64,000 nt of DNA from Eledone cirrhosa (lineage: Eukaryota), in assembly GCA_964016885.1 (NCBI GenBank), contig OZ024742.1, forward strand, positions 166,408,001-166,472,000, read 5' to 3'. Under the pieces are notes generated by a model. It searched no databases, had not been told where the DNA came from, and worked only from the letters and a program-made list of their open reading frames with translations. Below, piece after piece: positions 1 to 10,600 of the stretch; position 1 is the stretch's first letter; each line of letters begins with the position of its first letter. The position numbers and the translations under genes were made by a program.

Positions 1-220
1 AATCAGGGGGAGATAATTTGTAAAAAAAAAATCAGGGGGAGATAATTTGTAAAAAAAATCAAGGGGAGATAATTTCCAGCCGTCCAAGGAGAGATAATTT
101 TTAAAAAAAATCAGGCGGAGATAATTTGTAAAAAAAAATCAAGGGGAGATAATTTGTAAAAAAAAATCAAGGGGAGATAATTTGTAAAAAAAATCAAGGG
201 GAGATAATTTCCAGCCGTCC

Positions 221-300
221 AAGGGAAGATAATTTCCAGCACTCCAAGGGGCTATAATTTCCAGTGTCCAAGGGGAGATAATTTCCAGCCAGCGAAGGGG
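221..300 (+). repeat. Representative copy of cassette 2: GGGAAGATAA / GGGGCTATAA / CCAGCGAA variant trio
   Basis: The same ordered variants recur at about 4241, 9561, 11301, 11479, 12700, 13616, 15291 and in later HOR copies. Confidence 0.8.
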
Positions 301-1280
301 AGATAATTTTTTTAAAAAAATCAGGGGGAGATATGTAAAAAAAATCAGAGGGAGATAATTTCTAAAAAAAATCAAAGGGAGATAATTTCCAGCCGTCCAA
401 AGAGAGATAATTTCTAGCCGTCCAAGGGGAGATAATTTCCAGCCAAGGGGAGATAATTTCCAGCCGTCCAAGGGGAGATAATTATTTAAAAAATCAGGTG
501 GAGATAATTTGTAAAAAAAATCAGGGGGAGATAATTTGTAAAAACAAAATCAAGGGCAGATAATTTCCAGCTGTCCAAGGGGAGATAATTTCCAGCCGTG
601 CAAGGGGAGATAATTTCCAGCCGTCCAAGGGGAGATAATTTCCATCCTTCCAAGGGGAGATAATGTCCAGCCGTCCAAGGGGAGATAATTTCCCGCCAGC
701 CAAGGGAAGATAATTTTTAAAAAAATCAGGCGGAGATTGTAAAAAAAATCAGGGGGAGATAATTTGTAAAAAAAAAATCAGGGGGAGATAATTTGTAAAA
801 AAAATCAGGGGTAGATAATTTGTAAAAAAAAATCAGGGGGAGATAATTTGTAAAAAAAAATCAGGGGGAGATAATTTCTAAAAAAATCAAGGGGAGATAA
901 TATGCAGCCGTCCAAGGGGAGATAATTTTCAGCCGTCCAAGGAGAGGTAATTTCTAGCCGTCCAAGGGGAGATAATTTCCAGCCGTCCAAGGGGAGATAA
1001 TTTCCAGCCGTCCAAGGGGAGATAGTTTTTTTAAAAAAATCAGGCGGAGATAATTTGTAAAAAAAAAATCAGGGGGAGATAATTTGTAAAAAAAAATCAG
1101 GGGGAGATAATTTGTAAAAAAAAATCAGGGGGAGATAATTTGTAAAAAAAATCAGGGGGAGATAATTAGTAAAAAAAATCAAGGGGAGATAATTTCCAGC
1201 CGTCCAAGGGGAGGTAATATCTAGCCGTCCAAGGGGAGATAATTTCCAGCCGTCCAAGGGGAGATAATTTCCAGCCGTCC

Positions 1281-1405
1281 AAGGGTAGATAATATCCAGC
1301 CGTCCAAGTAGACATATTTTCCAGCCGTCCAAGGAGAGGTAATTTCTAGCCGTCCAAGGGGAGATAAATTCCAGCCTCCAAGGGGAGATAATTTCCAGCC
1401 AGCCA
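1281..1405 (+). repeat. Representative copy of cassette 1: five ordered B-monomer variants, about 124 bp, roughly 60 copies in the window
   Basis: Fixed order AGGGTAGATAATATCC... > AG(T/G)AGACAT(AT)TTT... > AGGAGAGGTAATTTCTAG... > ...GATAAATTCCAGCCTCCA (24 bp) > ...CCAGCCAGCCA. It gives the recurring minus-strand translation AGWKLSPLGGWNLSPLGRLEITSPW. The copy number is a by-eye count. Confidence 0.85.
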
Positions 1406-4400
1406 AGGGGAGATAATTTGTAAAAAAATCAGGGGGAGATAATTTGTAAAAAAAATCAGGGGGAGATAATTTGTAAAAAAAAATCAGGGGGAGATAATTT
1501 GTAAAAAAAAATCAGGGGGAGATAATTTGTAAAAAAAATCAAGGGGAGATAATTTGTAAAAAAAAATCAGGGGGAGATAATTTGTAAAAAAAAATCAGGG
1601 GGAGATAATTTGTAAAAAAAAATCAGGGGGAGATAATTTGTAAAAAAAATCAAGGGGAGATAATTTCCAGCCGTCCAAGGAGAGATAATTTAAAAAAAAA
1701 ATCAGGCGGAGATAATTTGTAAAAAAAATCAGGGGGAGATAATTTGTAAAAAAAAATCAGGGGGAGATAATTTGTAAAAAAAATCAGGGGGAGATAATTT
1801 CCAGCCGTCCAAGGTAAGATAATTTCCAGCCCTCCAAGGGGCTATAATTTCCAGCCGTCCAAGGGTAGATAATATCCAGCCGTCCAAGTAGACATATTTT
1901 CCAGCCGTCCAAGGAGAGGTAATTTCTAGCCGTCCAAGGGGAGATAAATTCCAGCCTCCAAGGGGAGATAATTTCCAGCCAGCCAAGGGGAGATAATTTG
2001 TAAAAAAATCAGGGGGAGATAATTTGTAAAAAAAATCAGGGGGAGATAATTTGTAAAAAAAAATCAGGGGGAGATAATTTGTAAAAAAAAATCAGGGGGA
2101 GATAATTTGTAAAAAAAAATCAGGGGGAGATAATTTGTAAAAAAAATCAAGGGGAGATAATTTCCAGCCGTCCAAGGGGAGATAATTTTCAGCCGTCCAA
2201 GGGGAGATAATTTCCAGCCGTCCAAGGGGAGATAATTTCCATCCTTCCAAGGGGAGATAATTTCCAGCCGTCCAAGGGGAGATAATTTTCAGCCGTCCAA
2301 GGGGAGATAATTTCCCGCCAGCCAAGGGAAGATAATATTTTAAAAAATCAGGCGGAGATAATTTGTAAAAAAAATCAGGGGGAGATAATTTGTAAAAAAA
2401 TCAGGGGGAGATAATTTGTAAAAAAAAAATCAGGGGGAGATAATTTGTAAAAAAAATCAGGGGGAGATAATTTGTAAAAAAAAATCAGGGGTAGATAATT
2501 TGTAAAAAAAAATCAGGGGGAGATAATTTGTAAAAAAAAATCAGGGGGAGATAATTTGTAAAAAAAATCAGGGGGAGATAATTTGTAAAAAAAAATCAGG
2601 GGGAGATAATTTCCGGCCGTCCAAGGGGAGATAATTTTCAGCCGTCCAAGGGGAGATAATTTCCCGCCAGCCAAGGGAAGATAATATTTAAAAAAATCAG
2701 GCGGAGATAATTTGTAAAAAAAATCAGGGGGAGATAATTTGTAAAAAAATCAGGGGGAGATAATTTGTAAAAAAAATCAAGGGGAGATAATTTCCAGCCG
2801 TCCAAGGGGAGGTAATATCTAGCCGTCCAAGGGGAGATAATTTCCAGCCGTCCAAGTGGAGATAATTTCCAGCCGTCCAAGGGTAGATAATATCCAGCCG
2901 TCCAAGGAGACATATTTTCCAGCCGTCCAAGGAGAGGTAATTTCTAGCCGTCCAAGGGGAGATAAATTCCAGCCTCCAAGGGGAGATAATTTCCAGCCAG
3001 CCAAGGGGAGATAATTTGTAAAAAAAATCAGGGGGAGATAATTTGTAAAAAAAATCAGGGGGAGATAATTTGTAAAAAAATCAGGGGGAGATAATTTGTA
3101 AAAAAAAAATCAGGGGGAGATAATTTGTAAAAAAAATCAGGGGGAGATGATTTGTAAAAAAAAATCAGGGGTAGATAATTTGTAAAAAAAAATCAGGGGG
3201 TGATAATTTGTAAAAGAAAATCAGGGGGAGATAATTTGTAAAAAAAATCAAGGGGAGATAATTTCCAGCCGTCGAAGGGAAGATAATTTCCAGCCCTCCA
3301 AGGGGCTATAATTTCCAGCGTCCAAGGGGAGATAATTTCCAGCCGTCCAAGGGGAGATAATTTCCAGCCGTCCAAGGGTAGATAATATCCAGCCGTCCAA
3401 GTAGACATTTTCCAGCCGTCCAAGGAGAGGTAATTTCTAGCCGTCCAAGGGGAGATAAATTCCAGCCTCCAAGGGGAGATAATTTCCAGCCAGCCAAGGG
3501 GAGATAATTTGTAAAAAAATCAGGGGGAGATAATTTGTAAAAAAAATCAGGGGGAGATAATTTGTAAAAAAAAATCAGGGGGAGATAATTTGTAAAAAAA
3601 ATCAGGGGGAGATAATTTGTAAAAAAAATCAGGGGGAGATAATTTGTAAAAAAAATCAAGGGGAGATAATTTCCAGCCGTCCAAGGGGAGATAATTTTCA
3701 GCCGTCCAAGGGGAGATAATTTCCAGCCGTCCAAGGGGAGATAATTTCCATCCTTCCAAGGGGAGATAATTTCCAGCCGTCCAAGGGGAGATAATTTTCA
3801 GCCGTCCAAGGGGAGATAATTTCCCGCCAGCCAAGGGAAGATAATATTTTAAAAAATCAGGCGGAGATAATTTGTAAAAAAAATCAGGGGGAGATAATTT
3901 GTAAAAAAATCAGGGGGAGATAATTTGTAAAAAAAAAATCAGGGGGAGATAATTTGTAAAAAAAATCAGGGGGAGATAATTTGTAAAAAAAAATCAGGGG
4001 TAGATAATTTGTAAAAAAAAATCAGGGGGAGATAATTTGTAAAAAAAAAATCAGGGGGAGATAATTTGTAAAAAAAATCAAGGGGAGATAATTTCCAGCC
4101 GTCCAAGGAGAGATAATTTTTAAAAAAAATCAGGCGGAGATAATTTGTAAAAAAAAATCAAGGGGAGATAATTTGTAAAAAAAAATCAAGGGGAGATAAT
4201 TTGTAAAAAAAATCAAGGGGAGATAATTTCCAGCCGTCCAAGGGAAGATAATTTCCAGCACTCCAAGGGGCTATAATTTCCAGTGTCCAAGGGGAGATAA
4301 TTTCCAGCCAGCGAAGGGGAGATAATTTTTTTAAAAAAATCAGGGGGAGATATGTAAAAAAAATCAGAGGGAGATAATTTCTAAAAAAAATCAAAGGGAG

Positions 4401-7400
4401 ATAATTTCCAGCCGTCCAAAGAGAGATAATTTCTAGCCGTCCAAGGGGAGATAATTTCCAGCCAAGGGGAGATAATTTCCAGCCGTCCAAGGGGAGATAA
4501 TTATTTAAAAAATCAGGTGGAGATAATTTGTAAAAAAAATCAGGGGGAGATAATTTGTAAAAACAAAATCAAGGGCAGATAATTTCCAGCTGTCCAAGGG
4601 GAGATAATTTCCAGCCGTGCAAGGGGAGATAATTTCCAGCCGTCCAAGGGGAGATAATTTCCATCCTTCCAAGGGGAGATAATGTCCAGCCGTCCAAGGG
4701 GAGATAATTTCCCGCCAGCCAAGGGAAGATAATTTTTAAAAAAATCAGGCGGAGATTGTAAAAAAAATCAGGGGGAGATAATTTGTAAAAAAAAAATCAG
4801 GGGGAGATAATTTGTAAAAAAAATCAGGGGTAGATAATTTGTAAAAAAAAATCAGGGGGAGATAATTTGTAAAAAAAAATCAGGGGGAGATAATTTCTAA
4901 AAAAATCAAGGGGAGATAATATGCAGCCGTCCAAGGGGAGATAATTTTCAGCCGTCCAAGGAGAGGTAATTTCTAGCCGTCCAAGGGGAGATAATTTCCA
5001 GCCGTCCAAGGGGAGATAATTTCCAGCCGTCCAAGGGGAGATAGTTTTTTTAAAAAAATCAGGCGGAGATAATTTGTAAAAAAAAAATCAGGGGGAGATA
5101 ATTTGTAAAAAAAAATCAGGGGGAGATAATTTGTAAAAAAAAATCAGGGGGAGATAATTTGTAAAAAAAATCAGGGGGAGATAATTAGTAAAAAAAATCA
5201 AGGGGAGATAATTTCCAGCCGTCCAAGGGGAGGTAATATCTAGCCGTCCAAGGGGAGATAATTTCCAGCCGTCCAAGGGGAGATAATTTCCAGCCGTCCA
5301 AGGGTAGATAATATCCAGCCGTCCAAGTAGACATATTTTCCAGCCGTCCAAGGAGAGGTAATTTCTAGCCGTCCAAGGGGAGATAAATTCCAGCCTCCAA
5401 GGGGAGATAATTTCCAGCCAGCCAAGGGGAGATAATTTGTAAAAAAATCAGGGGGAGATAATTTGTAAAAAAAAATCAGGGGGAGATAATTTGTAAAAAA
5501 AAATCAGGGGGAGATAATTTGTAAAAAAAATCAAGGGGAGATAATTTGTAAAAAAAAATCAGGGGGAGATAATTTGTAAAAAAAAAATCAGGGGGAGATA
5601 ATTTGTAAAAAAAAATCAGGGGGAGATAATTTGTAAAAAAAATCAAGGGGAGATAATTTCCAGCCGTCCAAGGAGAGATAATTTAAAAAAAAAATCAGGC
5701 GGAGATAATTTGTAAAAAAAATCAGGGGGAGATAATTTGTAAAAAAAAATCAGGGGGAGATAATTTGTAAAAAAAATCAGGGGGAGATAATTTCCAGCCC
5801 TCCAAGGGGCTATAATTTCCAGCCGTCCAAGGGTAAATAATATCCAGCCGTCCAAGTAGACATATTTTCCAGCCGTCCAAGGAGAGGTAATTTCTAGCCG
5901 TCCAAGGGGAGATAAATTCCAGCCTCCAAGGGGAGATAATTTCCAGCCAGCCAAGGGGAGATAATTTGTAAAAAAATCAGGGGGAGATAATTTGTAAAAA
6001 AAATCAGGGGGAGATAATTTGTAAAAAAAAATCAGGGGGAGATAATTTGTAAAAAAAAATCAGGGGGAGATAATTTGTAAAAAAAAATCAGGGGGAGATA
6101 ATTTGTAAAAAAAATCAAGGGGAGATAATTTCCAGCCGTCCAAGGGGAGATAATTTTCAGCCGTCCAAGGGGAGATAATTTCCAGCCGTCCAAGGGGAGA
6201 TAATTTCCATCCTTCCAAGGGGAGATAATTTCCAGCCGTCCAAGGGGAGATAATTTTCAGCCGTCCAAGGGGAGATAATTTCCCGCCAGCCAAGGGAAGA
6301 TAATATTTTAAAAAATCAGGCGGAGATAATTTGTAAAAAAAATCAGGGGGAGATAATTTGTAAAAAAATCAGGGGGAGATAATTTGTAAAAAAAAAATCA
6401 GGGGGAGATAATTTGTAAAAAAAATCAGGGGGAGATAATTTGTAAAAAAAAATCAGGGGTAGATAATTTGTAAAAAAAAATCAGGGGGAGATAATTTGTA
6501 AAAAAAAATCAGGGGGAGATAATTTGTAAAAAAAATCAGGGGGAGATAATTTGTAAAAAAAAATCAGGGGGAGATAATTTCCGGCCGTCCAAGGGGAGAT
6601 AATTTTCAGCCGTCCAAGGGGAGATAATTTCCCGCCAGCCAAGGGAAGATAATATTTTAAAAAATCAGGCGGAGATAATTTGTAAAAAAAATCAGGGGGA
6701 GATAATTTGTAAAAAAATCAGGGGGAGATAATTTGTAAAAAAAATCAAGGGGAGATAATTTCCAGCCGTCCAAGGGGAGGTAATATCTAGCCGTCCAAGG
6801 GGAGATAATTTCCAGCCGTCCAAGTGGAGATAATTTCCAGCCGTCCAAGGGTAGATAATATCCAGCCGTCCAAGGAGACATATTTTCCAGCCGTCCAAGG
6901 AGAGGTAATTTCTAGCCGTCCAAGGGGAGATAAATTCCAGCCTCCAAGGGGAGATAATTTCCAGCCAGCCAAGGGGAGATAATTTGTAAAAAAAATCAGG
7001 GGGAGATAATTTGTAAAAAAAATCAGGGGGAGATAATTTGTAAAAAAATCAGGGGGAGATAATTTGTAAAAAAAAAATCAGGGGGAGATAATTTGTAAAA
7101 AAAATCAGGGGGAGATGATTTGTAAAAAAAAATCAGGGGTAGATAATTTGTAAAAAAAAATCAGGGGGTGATAATTTGTAAAAGAAAATCAGGGGGAGAT
7201 AATTTGTAAAAAAAATCAAGGGGAGATAATTTCCAGCCGTCGAAGGGAAGATAATTTCCAGCCCTCCAAGGGGCTATAATTTCCAGCGTCCAAGGGGAGA
7301 TAATTTCCAGCCGTCCAAGGGGAGATAATTTCCAGCCGTCCAAGGGTAGATAATATCCAGCCGTCCAAGTAGACATTTTCCAGCCGTCCAAGGAGAGGTA

Positions 7401-7679
7401 ATTTCTAGCCGTCCAAGGGGAGATAAATTCCAGCCTCCAAGGGGAGATAATTTCCAGCCAGCCAAGGGGAGATAATTTGTAAAAAAATCAGGGGGAGATA
7501 ATTTGTAAAAAAAATCAGGGGGAGATAATTTGTAAAAAAAAATCAGGGGGAGATAATTTGTAAAAAAAATCAGGGGGAGATAATTTGTAAAAAAAATCAG
7601 GGGGAGATAATTTGTAAAAAAAATCAAGGGGAGATAATTTCCAGCCGTCCAAGGGGAGATAATTTTCAGCCGTCCAAGG

Positions 7680-10600
7680 GGAGATAATTATTTAAAAAAT
7701 CAGGTGGAGATAATTTGTAAAAAAAATCAGGGGGAGATAATTTGTAAAAACAAAATCAAGGGCAGATAATTTCCAGCTGTCCAAGGGGAGATAATTTCCA
7801 GCCGTGCAAGGGGAGATAATTTCCAGCCGTCCAAGGGGAGATAATTTCCATCCTTCCAAGGGGAGATAATGTCCAGCCGTCCAAGGGGAGATAATTTCCC
7901 GCCAGCCAAGGGAAGATAATTTTTAAAAAAATCAGGCGGAGATTGTAAAAAAAATCAGGGGGAGATAATTTGTAAAAAAAAAATCAGGGGGAGATAATTT
8001 GTAAAAAAAATCAGGGGTAGATAATTTGTAAAAAAAAATCAGGGGGAGATAATTTGTAAAAAAAAATCAGGGGGAGATAATTTCTAAAAAAATCAAGGGG
8101 AGATAATATGCAGCCGTCCAAGGGGAGATAATTTTCAGCCGTCCAAGGAGAGGTAATTTCTAGCCGTCCAAGGGGAGATAATTTCCAGCCGTCCAAGGGG
8201 AGATAATTTCCAGCCGTCCAAGGGGAGATAGTTTTTTTAAAAAATCAGGCGGAGATAATTTGTAAAAAAAAAATCAGGGGGAGATAATTTGTAAAAAAAA
8301 ATCAGGGGGAGATAATTTGTAAAAAAAAATCAGGGGGAGATAATTTGTAAAAAAAATCAGGGGGAGATAATTAGTAAAAAAAATCAAGGGGAGATAATTT
8401 CCAGCCGTCCAAGGGGAGGTAATATCTAGCCGTCCAAGGGGAGATAATTTCCAGCCGTCCAAGGGGAGATAATTTCCAGCCGTCCAAGGGTAGATAATAT
8501 CCAGCCGTCCAAGTAGACATATTTTCCAGCCGTCCAAGGAGAGGTAATTTCTAGCCGTCCAAGGGGAGATAAATTCCAGCCTCCAAGGGGAGATAATTTC
8601 CAGCCAGCCAAGGGGAGATAATTTGTAAAAAAATCAGGGGGAGATAATTTGTAAAAAAAATCAGGGGGAGATAATTTGTAAAAAAAAATCAGGGGGAGAT
8701 AATTTGTAAAAAAAAATCAGGGGGAGATAATTTGTAAAAAAAATCAGGGGGAGATAATTTGTAAAAAAAAATCAGGGGGAGATAATTTGTAAAAAAAAAT
8801 CAGGGGGAGATAATTTGTAAAAAAAAATCAGGGGGAGATAATTTGTAAAAAAAATCAAGGGGAGATAATTTCCAGCCGTCCAGGGGGAGATAATTTCCAG
8901 CCGTCCAAGGGGAGGTAATATCTAGCCGTCCAAGGGGAGATAATTTCCAGCCGTCCAAGAGGAGATAATTTCCAGCCGTCCAAGGGTAGATAATATCCAG
9001 CCGTCCAAGGAGACATATTTTCCAGCCGTCCAAGGAGAGGTAATTTCTAGCCGTCCAAGGGGAGATAAATTCCAGCCTCCAAGGGGAGATAATTTGTAAA
9101 AAAAATCAGGGGGAGATAATTTGTAAAAAAAATCAGGGGGAGATAATTTGTAAAAAAAAATCAGGGGGAGATAATTTGTAAAAAAAATCAGGGGGAGATA
9201 ATTTGTAAAAACAAATCAAGGGGAGATAATTTCCAGCCGTCCAAGGGGAGATAATTTTCAGCCGCCCAAGGGGAGATAATTTCCGCCAGCCAAGGGAAGA
9301 TAATATTTAAAAAATCAGGCGGAGATAATTTGTAAAAAAAATCAGGGGGAGATAATTTGTAAAAAAATCAGGGGGAGATAATTTGTAAAAAAAAAATCAG
9401 GGGGAGATAATTTGTAAAAAAAATCAGGGGGAGATGATTTGTAAAAAAAATCAGGGGTAGATAATTTGTAAAAAAAAATCAGGAGGAGATAATTTGTAAA
9501 AAAAAATCAGGGGGAGATAATTTGTAAAAAAAATCAAGAGGAGATAATTTCCAGCCGTCGAAGGGAAGATAGTTTCCAGCCCTCCAAGGGGCTATAATTT
9601 CCAGCGTCCAAGGGGAGATAATTTCCAGCCAGCGAAGGGGAGATAATTTTTTTTAAAAAATCATTGGGAGATTTGTAAAAAAAATCAGGGGGAGATAATT
9701 GGTAAAAAAATCAAGGGGAGATAATTTCCAGCCGTCCAAGGGGAGATAATTTCCAGCCGTCCAAGGGTAGATAATATCCAGCCGTCCAAGTAGACATTTT
9801 CCAGCCGTCCAAGGAGAGGTAATTTCTAGCCGTCCAAGGGGAGATAAATTCCAGCCTCCAAGGGGAGATAATTTCCAGCCAGCCAAGGGGAGATAATTTG
9901 TAAAAAAATCAGGGGGAGATAATTTGTAAAAAAAAATCAGGGGGAGATAATTTGTAAAAAAAAATCAGGGGGAGATAATTTGTAAAAAAAAATCAGGGGG
10001 AGATAATTTGTAAAAAAAATCAAGGGGAGATAATTTCCAGCCGTCCAAGGGGAGATAATTTCCAGCCGTGCAAGGGGAGATAATTTCCAGCCGTCCAAGG
10101 GGAGATAATTTCCATCCTTCCAAGGGGAGATAATCTCCAGCCGTCCAAGGGGAGATAATTTCCCGCCAGCCAAGGGAAGATAATTTTTAAAAAAATCAGG
10201 CGGAGATTGTAAAAAAAATCAGGGGGAGATAATTTGTAAAAAAATCAGGGGGAGATAATTTGTAAAAAAAAAATCAGGGGAGATAATTTGTAAAAAAAAA
10301 TCAAGGGGAGATAATTTGTAAAAAAAAAATCAGGGGGAGATAATTTGTAAAAAAAATCAGGGGTAGATAATTTGTAAAAAAAAATCAGTGGGAGATAATT
10401 TGTAAAAAAAAATCAGTGGGAGATAATTTGTAAAAAAATCAAGGGGAGATAATATGCAGCCGTCCAAGGGGAGATAATTTTCAGCCGTCCAAGGAGAGTT
10501 AATTTCTAGCCGTCCAAGGGGAGATAATTTCCAGCCGTCCAAGGGGAGATAATTTCCAGCCGTCCAAGGGGAGATAGTTTTTTTAAAAAATCAGGCGGAG

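Larger units (their letters stand above)
1..7680. repeat. About 4.0 kb higher-order repeat, nearly two tandem copies
   Basis: Identical ORF translations are offset by 4019 (139/4158, 521/4540, 805/4824, 1069/5088, 1221/5240) and then 3968 (2092/6060, 2724/6692, 3193/7161). The rare variant GTAAAAGAAAATC is shared at about 3210 and 7180. Confidence 0.9.
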
